This document shows, one piece after another, positions 40,801-51,620 of a stretch of DNA of 64,000 bases (positions within the stretch are counted from its first letter, which is position 1; every line of letters begins with the position of its first letter). A program made the translations under genes and the position numbers. Source of the DNA: an uncultured Hyphomicrobiaceae bacterium (GTDB lineage Bacteria > Pseudomonadota > Alphaproteobacteria > Rhizobiales > CALHAX01). A model generated the notes under the pieces. That model saw only the letters and a program-made list of their open reading frames with translations. It had not been told where the DNA came from and made no database searches. The DNA is taken from contig CALHAX010000105.1 in assembly GCA_937931785.1 (NCBI GenBank), positions 30,701-94,700 of the forward strand, written 5' to 3'.

Positions 40801-41829
40801 ATGGCTCACCCTTCCATTCTAGCGCAACAATCCGTTTCAGCACTGGATGCCTCGCTTGATGTCGCCGGCGTACGGTTACGAAACCGCGTTGTTCTGGCAC
40901 CGATGTCGGGGGTCAGTGATGGGCCCTTCCGCGCCATTGCGGATGCGTATGGCGCGGGCATGGTGGTGTCCGAAATGATTGCAAGCGCACAACTGGCCGA
41001 GGGCGAACACAACGCCGTACAGCGCACCCAACGCGTCGGGACAGGGCCGTTTGTCATACAACTTGCTGGGCGTGAAGCGCGCTGGATGGCGGAAGGGGCT
41101 CGCATCGCTGAGGCGAGCGGCGCGGATATCATCGACATCAATATGGGATGCCCCGCACGCAAGGTAACGGGAGGCAGTTCGGGATCTGCATTGATGCGTG
41201 ATCTGGACCATGCATTGACGCTCATCGAGGCGACGGTTGAAGCCGTGCAGGTGCCTGTCGCTCTCAAGATGCGTTTGGGTTGGGACGATGAGTCTCTCAA
41301 CGCACCCGAACTGGCCCGGCGGGCCGAAAACGCAGGCGTGCAACTCCTGACGGTGCATGGGCGGACACGGTGTCAGTTTTTCAAAGGGCAGGCGGATTGG
41401 GAGAAAATTTCCGCGGTCAAATCCGTTGTGTCTGTACCTGTCATTGCGAATGGCGACATTTGCACCGGCGCTGATATCACCAAAGCTCTCGCGCTTTCAG
41501 GTGCGGACGCTGTAATGATAGGTCGCGGGGCCTATGGGGCACCATGGGCCGCAGGTGCTGCGGCAGAAGGCGCTTCGGACCCCGGCGCCATGCCAGATGG
41601 CGTTGGTGAGATTGTGGAAGGCCACTTCGAAGCGATGCTTGAATATTATGGGCCGTTCCTTGGTGTGCGGAACGCGCGCAAGCATCTCGGATGGTATGTG
41701 ACCCGGGCGCACGGTGACGGAGAGACTGGACGACATTGGCGCCAGCGCCTTTGTCAATCCGATGATGTGGTTGAAGTACGTCGCAATATCAGAAGCTGCT
41801 TCAACAATCTGGAACGGATTGCTGCGTGA
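40801..41829 (+). CDS. dusB: tRNA-dihydrouridine synthase B
   Basis: [13 protein letters not shown] and [11 protein letters not shown] motifs. Upstream of ntrBC, as in Rhizobiales. Confidence 0.9.
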   Translation: MAHPSILAQQSVSALDASLDVAGVRLRNRVVLAPMSGVSDGPFRAIADAYGAGMVVSEMIASAQLAEGEHNAVQRTQRVGTGPFVIQLAGREARWMAEGARIAEASGADIIDINMGCPARKVTGGSSGSALMRDLDHALTLIEATVEAVQVPVALKMRLGWDDESLNAPELARRAENAGVQLLTVHGRTRCQFFKGQADWEKISAVKSVVSVPVIANGDICTGADITKALALSGADAVMIGRGAYGAPWAAGAAAEGASDPGAMPDGVGEIVEGHFEAMLEYYGPFLGVRNARKHLGWYVTRAHGDGETGRHWRQRLCQSDDVVEVRRNIRSCFNNLERIAA

Positions 41830-42980
41830 ACGGAGACACAACGCCAGACGCAAAGCACGGTTCTGGAGAACGCGTGCCGGAAAGCGCAATCCTCAACACG
41901 ATCCCGCACGCTGTCCTGATCCTCGGAGAGGATGGGGGGATTGAAGAGGCCAATTCGGCAGCTGAGATATTCTTCGATGCTGGACTTTCAGTGCTGCGAC
42001 GCACCAGGCTCGCAGATCTTGTCGCGTTTGGTTCGCCGCTTCTGGCGCTGGTCGAACAGGTCCGCCGTTCCCACGCCTCGATCAATGAATACAACATCGA
42101 CCTCGGTATTCCACGCGCACAACATGAGCGGTTGGTGGATGTTTATTGCTCCCCCGTGGCGGATACACCGGACGCGCTGCTTTTGATCCTGCAACAACGC
42201 AACATGGCCAAAATGATCGAGCGGCAACTGACCCACCGGGCCGCCGCACGATCCGTGTCTGGTCTTGCAAGTGTACTGGCACACGAGATCAAGAATCCGC
42301 TGTCAGGAATTCGCGGCGCTGCACAATTGCTGGAAATGACGCAAGACGATGAGGGGCGTTCATGGACGCAGCTCATTTGCACGGAAACGGATCGCATTCG
42401 CGATCTGGTGGATCGTATGGAAGTCTTCGGGGATGAGCGTCCCTTCCCGAAGGAACCTGTCAACATCCACAGCGTGCTCGACCATGTCCAGCGACTGGCG
42501 CAGAACGGTTTTGCAGAGTCAGTTGTGTTCGAATGCAATTTCGATCCGTCGCTTCCTCCTCTTGCAGGAGAAAGAGATCGTTTGATTCAAGCCTTCCTCA
42601 ATCTGACCAAAAATGCCGCGGAGGCGATTGGGCCAGCCCGAACGGACGGACGCATCATTCTCAGTTCGGCATTCCGACCAGGTGTGTATCTTACGCTTCC
42701 AGGAACACAGAGCCGCGTAAGCCTCCCTTTGATGATATCCATCGAAGACAACGGCCCAGGCATCCCCGATGAGATGCGAGGCAATCTTTTTGATCCGTTC
42801 GTTACGACGAAGAGCGCAGGATCCGGTCTCGGGTTGGCGCTCGTGGCCAAGATTGTTCACGATCATGGCGGTGTGATCGAATTCGATAGCGAGCGCGGCA
42901 AGACGGTATTTCGGCTTTTGATGCCGTTTCACGCAAACGGGGATGCAACACACGCCAACCCTGACGGAGGGCAACTCTGA
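41826..42980 (+). CDS. ntrB: Nitrogen regulation sensor histidine kinase NtrB
   Basis: PAS domain, H-box [17 protein letters not shown], and N/G boxes (GSGLGLA). The GTG overlaps the dusB stop. Confidence 0.9.
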   Translation: MNGDTTPDAKHGSGERVPESAILNTIPHAVLILGEDGGIEEANSAAEIFFDAGLSVLRRTRLADLVAFGSPLLALVEQVRRSHASINEYNIDLGIPRAQHERLVDVYCSPVADTPDALLLILQQRNMAKMIERQLTHRAAARSVSGLASVLAHEIKNPLSGIRGAAQLLEMTQDDEGRSWTQLICTETDRIRDLVDRMEVFGDERPFPKEPVNIHSVLDHVQRLAQNGFAESVVFECNFDPSLPPLAGERDRLIQAFLNLTKNAAEAIGPARTDGRIILSSAFRPGVYLTLPGTQSRVSLPLMISIEDNGPGIPDEMRGNLFDPFVTTKSAGSGLGLALVAKIVHDHGGVIEFDSERGKTVFRLLMPFHANGDATHANPDGGQL

Positions 42981-44428
42981 TGGGCAGTATTCTTGTTGCT
43001 GATGATGATACGGCGATCCGCACAGTTCTGCACCAGGCATTGGCGCGAGCAGGGCACGTGCCCCGTATCACGGGGAATGCGTCTACGCTTTGGCGGTGGG
43101 CGAGCCAGGGGGAGGGCGATCTGATCATCACGGATGTGGTGATGCCCGACGAGAACGCATTCGATCTGTTGCCGCGCATCAAGAAGATTCGCCCGGACCT
43201 ACCGGTTATCGTCATGAGTGCACAGAACACACTCTTGACGGCCGTAACGGCGGCGGAACATGGCGTTTACGAATATCTTCCCAAACCATTCGACCTGAAT
43301 GAACTTCTAGCAGTTGTCGCGCGTGCCCTGGAAACACCCAAGACACAACCACGTACCCAGAAGCCCGTTGGAGGCGACGAAGACTTGCCTCTTGTTGGTC
43401 GATCGGCGGCGATGCAGGAAATCTATCGTGTCATGGCGCGGCTGACTCAATCAGATTTGACGGTCATGATTCTTGGAGAAAGCGGGACGGGCAAGGAACT
43501 CGTTGCAAGAGCCCTGCATGATTATTCTCCACGTCGTCGCGCGCCGTTCGTTGCAATTAACATGGCGGCTATCCCGCGTGAATTAATTGAGTCCGAATTG
43601 TTCGGACACGAGAAAGGGGCCTTCACGGGCGCTCAAACACGGAACGTCGGGCGGTTTGAGCAGGCGGAAGGCGGCACGCTTTTTCTCGATGAAATTGGCG
43701 ACATGCCGATGGATGCTCAAACGCGTTTGCTGCGTGTATTGCAAGAGGGGGAATATACAACTGTAGGCGGTCGTGTTCCCTTGAAGACGAATGTACGAAT
43801 TGTTGCTGCCACGAACCGTGACTTGCGACAGCAGATCAATCAGGGCGTTTTCCGTGAAGACCTGTTTTACCGGTTGAATGTTGTCCCTCTTCGGTTGCCT
43901 CCACTTCGAGATCGTATGGAGGATATTCCAGATCTGGTGCAACACTTCCTGCGGCATGGCCGTGATGTCGGCTTACCGGATCGCAGTTTTGAACCACAGG
44001 CCATGGAGGCGCTCAAAACGCACCAGTGGCCCGGCAACGTCCGTGAACTTGAGAACATTGTGCAACGTCTTGTTGCGCTGTCTCCACACGACACGATAGG
44101 ACGAGACGCTGTAACGGCGGAGTTCCAAGGGTATGTGGCATTTGGAAGTGAGCACCTGTCAGAAGTCGGGACATGCGATTTGGCGGAATTCACCGAGGGC
44201 TATCTCGCAACGCAGTTCGCCGAATTCGAAGATGGTTTGCCACCACCCGGCCTCTATCAACGCATTCTGCACGAAGTTGAGTTGCCTTTGATCAACGCCG
44301 TCCTCGCCGCAACGCGTGGTAATCAGATCAAGGCCGCGGAAATCCTAGGTCTCAATCGCAATACGCTGCGCAAGAAGATCCGGGAGCTGGACATCAAGGT
44401 GGTTCGCTCGCCCGTTCTTCCAAGATAA
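42980..44428 (+). CDS. ntrC: Nitrogen regulation response regulator NtrC (sigma-54 activator)
   Basis: Receiver domain, AAA+ domain with GESGTGKE and an intact GAFTGA, and a C-terminal Fis-type HTH. Confidence 0.93.
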   Translation: MGSILVADDDTAIRTVLHQALARAGHVPRITGNASTLWRWASQGEGDLIITDVVMPDENAFDLLPRIKKIRPDLPVIVMSAQNTLLTAVTAAEHGVYEYLPKPFDLNELLAVVARALETPKTQPRTQKPVGGDEDLPLVGRSAAMQEIYRVMARLTQSDLTVMILGESGTGKELVARALHDYSPRRRAPFVAINMAAIPRELIESELFGHEKGAFTGAQTRNVGRFEQAEGGTLFLDEIGDMPMDAQTRLLRVLQEGEYTTVGGRVPLKTNVRIVAATNRDLRQQINQGVFREDLFYRLNVVPLRLPPLRDRMEDIPDLVQHFLRHGRDVGLPDRSFEPQAMEALKTHQWPGNVRELENIVQRLVALSPHDTIGRDAVTAEFQGYVAFGSEHLSEVGTCDLAEFTEGYLATQFAEFEDGLPPPGLYQRILHEVELPLINAVLAATRGNQIKAAEILGLNRNTLRKKIRELDIKVVRSPVLPR

Positions 44429-44554
44429 CGGAGACAACAACAGGCTGTGCGATCACGCGCACTGATCGATCAGGATACCTCTACCGATGCATATTAAACA
44501 CAATCATTGACCCGCTCGGTTGCGAGCGATATCTCATCTGAAATTGTTTCTGAA

Positions 44555-44572
44555 AAGACACAATTGTGTCTT
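44555..44572. other. Perfect 18-bp palindrome in the AT-rich ntrC-ntrY spacer
   Basis: AAGACACAATTGTGTCTT read directly from the sequence. It could be a hairpin/terminator or a dimeric regulator site. Confidence 0.5.
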
Positions 44573-44695
44573 GCTTGCTCGATATTCCGCCCAACTCGCC
44601 CGATATGCGGGTGAGTAGACGCTGCTCCATGTGTTCGAGGCCACACTTGTGATATTTAAGCCGCAACTGATGCACGCTCAAACTGTCGCTTTACG

Positions 44696-47044
44696 GTGCC
44701 AGTGTGGCTTTCGTACAGGCTGCAATGCGTCCACGAGTGCGCGGCCATGATCGGTGAGCGGGTGATGATGCGTCTGTCGCGAACAGGCGAGAAACTCAGG
44801 GCTGCGGCGGACGCCAACGGACAGGCATTCTGGGTTGGACTGTTCGTTATTCCTTTGTCGCTTGTCTCAGCCCTCGCGACAGGACTGATCCTTACGGGTC
44901 TCACGCCGATCGTTCCGACACATGGCGTTGTGATCACTGCGCTCACTGTGAACGCCATCCTGATTGCTGCTGCTGTGGCCGTGATCGGTTGGCAGGCATA
45001 TGATCTCCTGCGTGCACGCCAACAGCGTGCGGCGGCCTCGCGGCTTCATGCCCGAATTGTCGGTTTGTTCAGTGTCATCGCCATTGTTCCGGCGATCGTT
45101 CTTGCAGCGTTTGCATCCATCTCCCTCGATCGAGGGTTGGACAACTGGTTTTCCGTTCAAACCAAAGCGATCATCAACAACTCTCTCGAGGTGGCAGAAG
45201 CTTATGTTCAGGAGCATGGGCAGGTGTTGCGGGCTGAAGGGGTTGCCATGGCACGGGACCTCGAAGCTTCTGCAACACCGGCTGCCGCCATGGATCTGGT
45301 GCTCTCACAGCAAGCAGGCATTCGTGGCATCCCCCTGGCTTACCTGATCAACCAACGGGGCGAAGTGCTTGAGACAGCACTCCACTCGAAGGATCAGGAT
45401 TATGTCGCCCCACCAACATCTGCATTGAACGAGGCTGCGCTCGGTAAACCAGTGAGCATCGCACCAGGGCGGCAGAACCGGGTGGCGCTGCTCAAGAAGC
45501 TGGAGAACCGGCCCGACACCTATCTTTACGTGGCGCGGTTTGTGGATCGCAAAGTCTTGCGGCATCTGCAACTTACAGAGGCTGGGGTTCAGGAATACGT
45601 TGCGTTGGAAGAACGCCGAACAGGTGTGCAGATCGCGTTCGGGTTGATGTACGTGATGATCGCAGTGACGTTGTTGTTGGCTGCGATCTGGATCGGGTTG
45701 TGGTTCGCAAACGCACTGGTCGCGCCTGTTCGAAGGTTGATAGGGGCGGCGCAGGAAGTCTCGGACGGCAACCTTGAGGTTCGTGTGCCGGTCAAATCCC
45801 GCGAAGGAGACCTCGGCCATCTCGCCAACACCTTCAACCAGATGACGAGCGAACTGGCTGTCAAACGCAACGAACTTGTTGCAACCAACCAACGCCTCAC
45901 GGAACGCGGACATTTTATTGAAGCCGTGCTCTCTGGTGTATCCGCCGGAGTGGTGGGTCTGGATACAGACGGTCGAATTGACGTTGCCAACCCGGCAGCA
46001 GCCACACTGCTTGGAACCACGCGGGTTGGATTGCAGGGCCAGATTATAAGCGAGGTTGTTCCTGAATTCGCTGATGCGTTCGCGCAAGCCACATCCAAGC
46101 GCCGCACGGATGCGCCACTTCAGGTTGACATCAATCGCAACGGTGTGGAGCGACATCTGATCGTTCAGACCACACGTGACGAGGCCGGACCGAAAGATGA
46201 TGGATACGTTCTGACCTTTGACGACATTACGGAACTCGTGAATGCACAGCGGTCTTCCGCCTGGGCAGATGTCGCGCGCCGCATTGCGCATGAGATCAAG
46301 AACCCTTTGACGCCTATACAACTTTCTGCAGAACGCATTCGTCGCAAGTACGACAAGGTCATTGTAGACGATCGGGAAGTCTTTGAGCGTTGCACTGAAA
46401 CGATCATCCGTCAGGTTGGGGATATCGGGCGAATGGTCGATGAATTTTCATCGTTCGCACGGATGCCTCAACCGGTCATGGCAGAGCATGACCTGCGCAC
46501 GCTTGTGAAAGATGCCGTCTATCTTTTCCAGGTTGGTCACCCCGATATCGAGTTCACGTTCCAACTGCCTGATGAAGCCGTGAAATTGAACTGCGACCGG
46601 GGTCTGATTGCCCAGCTTTTGACAAACCTGACAAAGAATGCCGCCGAAGCGATCGAAGCCGTCGTGGAGGGCGGCGATACGCCCGAGGGATACAAGGGTC
46701 GTATCGAAGCCCGTGTCTCGCAAGACGGAGCGATTGCAACGATGATGATCATCGACAATGGTTGCGGGTTGCCCGCGAAAAACCGCCGCCGCCTCACCGA
46801 ACCTTACATGACCACGCGCGAAAAGGGGACCGGCATCGGTCTCGCCGTCGTGCAGAAAGTCACCGAACAACATAACGGAACGCTGTATCTTGAGGATGCG
46901 CCTGAGCCGTTCAACGGCAAGTTGGGGGCGTGCATGCGCATCGTGATGGAGCGACGTGAGATGTTGGCAATGGCGCAGCAGGGCGCAGAACTGCAAGACT
47001 TGAACATTGAAGACAATAACGAACCAATAAAACGCATCGCCTGA
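44696..47044 (+). CDS. ntrY: Sensor histidine kinase NtrY
   Basis: N-terminal TM helices, HAMP and PAS domains, H-box HEIKNPLTPIQLSAERI, and an HATPase domain. The true start is probably an internal ATG (about 44747-44768). Confidence 0.9.
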   Translation: MPVWLSYRLQCVHECAAMIGERVMMRLSRTGEKLRAAADANGQAFWVGLFVIPLSLVSALATGLILTGLTPIVPTHGVVITALTVNAILIAAAVAVIGWQAYDLLRARQQRAAASRLHARIVGLFSVIAIVPAIVLAAFASISLDRGLDNWFSVQTKAIINNSLEVAEAYVQEHGQVLRAEGVAMARDLEASATPAAAMDLVLSQQAGIRGIPLAYLINQRGEVLETALHSKDQDYVAPPTSALNEAALGKPVSIAPGRQNRVALLKKLENRPDTYLYVARFVDRKVLRHLQLTEAGVQEYVALEERRTGVQIAFGLMYVMIAVTLLLAAIWIGLWFANALVAPVRRLIGAAQEVSDGNLEVRVPVKSREGDLGHLANTFNQMTSELAVKRNELVATNQRLTERGHFIEAVLSGVSAGVVGLDTDGRIDVANPAAATLLGTTRVGLQGQIISEVVPEFADAFAQATSKRRTDAPLQVDINRNGVERHLIVQTTRDEAGPKDDGYVLTFDDITELVNAQRSSAWADVARRIAHEIKNPLTPIQLSAERIRRKYDKVIVDDREVFERCTETIIRQVGDIGRMVDEFSSFARMPQPVMAEHDLRTLVKDAVYLFQVGHPDIEFTFQLPDEAVKLNCDRGLIAQLLTNLTKNAAEAIEAVVEGGDTPEGYKGRIEARVSQDGAIATMMIIDNGCGLPAKNRRRLTEPYMTTREKGTGIGLAVVQKVTEQHNGTLYLEDAPEPFNGKLGACMRIVMERREMLAMAQQGAELQDLNIEDNNEPIKRIA

Positions 47045-47087
47045 TCCATGGCGTCGCACTTACAATTGACTGAAGCAGGGATAAAAA

Positions 47088-48488
47088 ATGGTATCTGACA
47101 TTCTGATCGTGGATGATGAAGCGGACATCCGTGAACTCGTGGCAGGTGTGCTGGAGGACGAAGGGCACGCAACCCGGCTCGCCAGAGACAGCGATGAGGC
47201 AATTTATGCCATTGAAGAGCGTCGACCGTCACTGGTTGTGCTGGATGTCTGGTTGCAGGGAAGCCGACTCGACGGCCTTGAAATTCTTGCCCATATCAAG
47301 AAGCAGCATCCGGACCTTCCAATCGTCGTGATCAGCGGCCACGGCAACATTGAAACGGCCGTTACCGCGATCAAACGCGGTGCATATGATTACATTGAAA
47401 AACCGTTCAACGCCGATCGCCTGTTGCTGGTGGTGACACGTGCACTCGAGACCGACAAGTTGCGACGCGAGAACCGTGATCTGCGCGAACGCAGCGTGCA
47501 CAGTACGGAAATGGTTGGGCGCTCCGCCGCGATCAGCCAGCTCAAAGGACAGATTGAACGCGTTGGTCCAACGAACAGCCGGGTGATGGTGACCGGCCCC
47601 TCCGGTTCGGGCAAGGAATTGGCGGCACGCGTCCTGCACGGTCAATCGCTCCGTGCATCCGGCCCGTTTGTTGTTCTGAACGCAGCGGTTCTTGCTCCGG
47701 ATACAGTCGAGGCAGAATTGTTCGGCACTGAAGACGCAACAGGTATGCCGCGCAAGGTTGGCGCACTCGAAGCAGCTCACGGCGGCACACTCTATATCGA
47801 TGAAGTGGCAGATATGCCGATCGAAACGCAGGGCAAGGTACTCCGTGTTCTGGTGGATCAGAAGTTCCAACGCGTCGGCGGGGACACGAAAGTGAACGTG
47901 GATGTGCGCATCATTTCATCAACCAGCAAGGAGCTGGCAAACGAGATGGCACAGAAGAGATTTCGCGAAGATCTCTTTCACCGGCTGAATGTCGTGCCAC
48001 TGCGCGTGCCCGCTCTTTCCGAACGCCGGGAAGACGTGCCGGAACTCGTCGACTATTTCATCAAACAGATCACCTCCGCGTCCGGGCTGCCGCCACGACG
48101 GATTGGTGATGATGCGATCGCCGTGCTTCAGACACATGACTGGCCCGGCAATGTGCGTCAGCTCCGCAACAACGTCGAACGCCTCATGATCCTCTCGGAA
48201 GGCGATGCAAACAGCGTTATTACAGCGGACCTGCTTCCGGACGAGATCGGCAATGCCGTCCCCCTGTCAGCCAATTCCGGCAATGAACATCTGATGTCGA
48301 TGCCGTTGCGTGAAGCGCGCGAGATCTTTGAGCGAGAGTATTTACTCGCACAGATCAACCGGTTTGGAGGCAACATCTCGAGAACCGCAGAGTTCGTCGG
48401 GATGGAGCGTTCTGCATTGCACCGGAAGTTACGGGCCTTGGGTGTAAGCTCATCGGACCGGAACCCGGATCAGAAACCCGCAGCTTAA
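47088..48488 (+). CDS. ntrX: Response regulator NtrX (AAA+ domain lacking GAFTGA)
   Basis: Receiver domain (ILIVDDEADIR), a Walker A motif (GPSGSGKE), and an HTH. The GAFTGA position reads GTEDATGMPRK. Confidence 0.9.
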   Translation: MVSDILIVDDEADIRELVAGVLEDEGHATRLARDSDEAIYAIEERRPSLVVLDVWLQGSRLDGLEILAHIKKQHPDLPIVVISGHGNIETAVTAIKRGAYDYIEKPFNADRLLLVVTRALETDKLRRENRDLRERSVHSTEMVGRSAAISQLKGQIERVGPTNSRVMVTGPSGSGKELAARVLHGQSLRASGPFVVLNAAVLAPDTVEAELFGTEDATGMPRKVGALEAAHGGTLYIDEVADMPIETQGKVLRVLVDQKFQRVGGDTKVNVDVRIISSTSKELANEMAQKRFREDLFHRLNVVPLRVPALSERREDVPELVDYFIKQITSASGLPPRRIGDDAIAVLQTHDWPGNVRQLRNNVERLMILSEGDANSVITADLLPDEIGNAVPLSANSGNEHLMSMPLREAREIFEREYLLAQINRFGGNISRTAEFVGMERSALHRKLRALGVSSSDRNPDQKPAA

Positions 48489-48641
48489 GCCTCTGTTAAC
48501 CCTATCGGGGTCTCCTGTCTCTTGTAACACTGCATCCAGCAGTGTTAACGGGCCTGCTCTTGCATCCATTGTCCGAACAGGCAGTGCAACAGGCATGGTT
48601 CTGCCAATGGGCGATCCGGGCCATGAGAGGCATGTTCTTCG

Positions 48642-50018
48642 ATGAAGGCGATTATCTGCGGAGCAGGGCAGGTCGGTTACGGCATTGCTGAGCGGCTTGC
48701 TGCTGAAGGCAATGACGTTGCCATTGTCGATAATTCTCCGGAACTCGTCCAGCGCGTGAACGACATGCTGGATGCGCGTGCGTTTCTGGGGCACGCATCC
48801 GATCCGGACACCCTGAAACTTGCAGGTGCGCAGGACACCGACATGATCATTGCCGTCACTCTGTCGGATGAGGTGAACATGGTGGCGTGCCAGGTTGCAC
48901 ACTCTCTTTTTGAGGTGCCCACTAAGATCGCGCGGATCAGGGCGCAGAGTTACCTGTCGCGGGAATGGAGCAATCTGTTCACACGGGATCATCTTCCAAT
49001 CGACGTCACAATTTCTCCAGAAATTGAAGTTGGCGAAATGGTTCTGCGCAGGTTGAATCAACCGGGCGCATTCGAAGCGATGAGTTTCGGAGACGGTCAG
49101 ATCAGCGTCGTGGGTGTGACGTGCGACGAGAGCTGCCCCATCGTCGATACGCCGCTGAAGCAGCTCTCGGACCTGTTTCCGGATCTACCAGCCCTCATTG
49201 TAGGGATTGTGCGAGACGGTCATCTGTTTGTGCCAAGCGCAGAAGATCATTTGCGTGTGGGTGATGACGTTTATTTCTGCGCACAAAAATCCCAGGTTGT
49301 CCGGACCCTTAAGATTTTTGGCCATGAAGAACAGCAGGCCCGACGAATCGTGATTGCGGGCGGCGGCAATATAGGCCTGTACGTTGCGCGCGCGATTGAA
49401 GCAGAACACCCGACCATCCGGGTCAAGATCGTGGAACACGATCGAGATCGGGCCGTCACGATCGCCGAAGAACTGTCGCGAACGATTGTGCTGCACGGTG
49501 ATGCGTTGAACGAAGAACTGCTCCGGGAAGCTGACGTCAATCAAGCGGATACGATTGTCGCGCTGACAAACGACGACCAGGCCAATATTCTGACATGTGT
49601 CCTGGCGCGGCAATTGGGCTGCGAGCGAAATCTCTGCCTTGTGAACAGTCCTGGTTACAACAATGTTGTCCGCTCTCTGGGCATCAGCGCTCAGATCAAT
49701 CCACGCGCTGTCACGGTGTCGCGCATCCTGCAACATGTTCGGCGAGGCCGAATCCGTGCCGTGCAGTCCGTGCACAATGGTGATGCAGAAATCATCGAAG
49801 CAGAAGCGCTCGATACGGCCCCCGTTGTTGGCCAGTCGTTACGCGATCTGGGACTCGTACAGGGGGTTCGGATCGGGGCAATCTTGCGTGATGGTGAAGT
49901 CTTGATGCCGACCGGTGACATTGAGATTCGAGCACGGGATCGCGTTGTCGTGTTTGCGATGGCCGAGCATGTTCGTGACGTCGAGCAACTGTTCCGGGTC
50001 AGCCTCGAATTCTTCTAA
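48642..50018 (+). CDS. trkA: Trk potassium uptake system NAD-binding protein TrkA
   Basis: Two RCK/TrkA-N units (IICGAGQVGYGIA and VIAGGGNIGLYVA). Confidence 0.92.
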   Translation: MKAIICGAGQVGYGIAERLAAEGNDVAIVDNSPELVQRVNDMLDARAFLGHASDPDTLKLAGAQDTDMIIAVTLSDEVNMVACQVAHSLFEVPTKIARIRAQSYLSREWSNLFTRDHLPIDVTISPEIEVGEMVLRRLNQPGAFEAMSFGDGQISVVGVTCDESCPIVDTPLKQLSDLFPDLPALIVGIVRDGHLFVPSAEDHLRVGDDVYFCAQKSQVVRTLKIFGHEEQQARRIVIAGGGNIGLYVARAIEAEHPTIRVKIVEHDRDRAVTIAEELSRTIVLHGDALNEELLREADVNQADTIVALTNDDQANILTCVLARQLGCERNLCLVNSPGYNNVVRSLGISAQINPRAVTVSRILQHVRRGRIRAVQSVHNGDAEIIEAEALDTAPVVGQSLRDLGLVQGVRIGAILRDGEVLMPTGDIEIRARDRVVVFAMAEHVRDVEQLFRVSLEFF

Positions 50019-50027
50019 GAGGCTTTC

Positions 50028-51497
50028 ATGCGCTATCAGGCGGTCGCAAATATTGTCGGTTGGCTCTTCCTTGTGATGGCCGCAGCAGCAGTTTTCCCAA
50101 CGCTGACGGCACTCTCGAACGATCCGGCTGCGACGCAAAACGCGTTCATCCTGATGATGTTGTCCAGCGCCTTCACCGGGGGCGGTCTCATCCTTGCGAC
50201 GCGCGAAAGCGGCCCCATCGACATGAGACGTGAAGGTTTATTGGTGATCGCTGCATTGTGGCTGCTGCTGCCGCTCTGGGCCGCCATACCGTTTGTCTTG
50301 TCTGGTACGATCGACACGATCGCAGGTGCATATTTCGAGGCGGTCAGCGGTCTGACCACGACCGGCGCAACAGTCTTTACAGAGTTGACGGGGCAGCCTG
50401 AGGCGATACTTCTCTGGCGTGCTGAACTGCAATGGCTTGGCGGTCTGGCAACGTTGATGGCTTGGGCCGTACTTGTGGCGCCAGACATGCGCTCTCCGCA
50501 ATTCGATCCCACACTTGCACCCAGTGCGCTTCAATCAGGTCGTCATTGGCTGCCGCGAAGTGTGTATGGCGCCATCCTTCCACTTTACACCGGCATGACG
50601 GCGTTATGCTTCTTCGGGCTGGTCGTCACTGGCCTGCCTGCGTTTGACGCGATCTGCCTTGCTTTCGCAACGGTTTCGACCGGGGGATTCATGCCACGCG
50701 ACGGTTCACTTGTCTCATACGGAACACCCGCAGCACTGCTCGTCGTATCGCTCTTCATGTTCCTCGGAGCGATTTCCCTGTTATGGGTCCGCGCGCTTAT
50801 GCAACGGCAAATGTCAATCGTACGCGCAAACCCTGAACCGATCTGGGTCCTCACAGCGATCATTCTTCTTTCCGTTTACCTGCTGCTGGTCGGCTTGAAC
50901 GCCAGTAACAACGGCACGATCGTTTCTCTGGTCGAGGCCCTGAGTGTCATACTTGCGACGGCCAGTTCGCACATTACGACCACGGGGTTCAATGTCAGCG
51001 AGTCCATGCACACACAACTTCCACTGGTGCTTGTTCTGGCACTCGGGTTTGTCGGGGCAGGGCGGTACTCGACTGCGGGTGGTGTTAAGTTTCAGAGGAT
51101 CGGTGTGATGTTCACCGCATCCATGCGCGAATTTCACCATCTGGTTTTCCCGCACAGTGCGATCGGGAGCACACGCGGGTTGCCCAAGCGAACACTCGCG
51201 ACGGAAGGTGCGATTTGGGCAAATTTCTTTGTTGTGACCGGCGCAGTTGTCCTTCTTGCTCTCGTCATGAGTACGAGTGGATTGAATCTGACATCGTCCC
51301 TGTTGGCCGCGGTCAGCGCCATTGGCAATGTCGGACCGGCCTATGATCTGGCTCAATCTTCGGACATCGCCGGGCGATTAGGGTACGACGAGTTGCCGGG
51401 ACCTGCACAAATTGCACTCGCAGTTGGCATGGTGTTTGGACGATTTGAAGTGCTGGCCTTGCTGTCCCTCTTCAATATCGCGTATTGGCGGTCCTAG
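50028..51497 (+). CDS. trkH: Trk potassium uptake system membrane protein TrkH
   Basis: 489 aa, polytopic, with selectivity-filter-like GLTTTGATV, TVSTGGF and TTTGFN repeats. Confidence 0.9.
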   Translation: MRYQAVANIVGWLFLVMAAAAVFPTLTALSNDPAATQNAFILMMLSSAFTGGGLILATRESGPIDMRREGLLVIAALWLLLPLWAAIPFVLSGTIDTIAGAYFEAVSGLTTTGATVFTELTGQPEAILLWRAELQWLGGLATLMAWAVLVAPDMRSPQFDPTLAPSALQSGRHWLPRSVYGAILPLYTGMTALCFFGLVVTGLPAFDAICLAFATVSTGGFMPRDGSLVSYGTPAALLVVSLFMFLGAISLLWVRALMQRQMSIVRANPEPIWVLTAIILLSVYLLLVGLNASNNGTIVSLVEALSVILATASSHITTTGFNVSESMHTQLPLVLVLALGFVGAGRYSTAGGVKFQRIGVMFTASMREFHHLVFPHSAIGSTRGLPKRTLATEGAIWANFFVVTGAVVLLALVMSTSGLNLTSSLLAAVSAIGNVGPAYDLAQSSDIAGRLGYDELPGPAQIALAVGMVFGRFEVLALLSLFNIAYWRS

Positions 51498-51500
51498 GGT

Positions 51501-51579
51501 GTGTCCGACTTGAACGGAGACGCCGGGGTGCCAGTGGAGCGACCTGGAGCGTCGCGTCATGAGTCCGTTTGAATCAGAC
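51501..51579. repeat. Interspersed structured intergenic repeat, copy B
   Basis: The same element as 24139-24232. Its arms GTGTGTCCGACTTGAACGGA and TCCGTTTGAATCAGACGCGC are imperfectly complementary. It starts 4 nt after the trkH stop. Confidence 0.8.
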
Positions 51580-51620
51580 GCGCTATAGAAATACGACCTC
51601 ACGTCGGCGAAAGGCAGAAC

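Noticed and set aside
44481-44681. A 66-aa minus-strand ORF inside the ntrC-ntrY spacer.
   Set aside because: It has a TTG start and no convincing RBS, and its sequence is basic and unremarkable. It spans the 18-bp palindrome, and the region is more plausibly regulatory.
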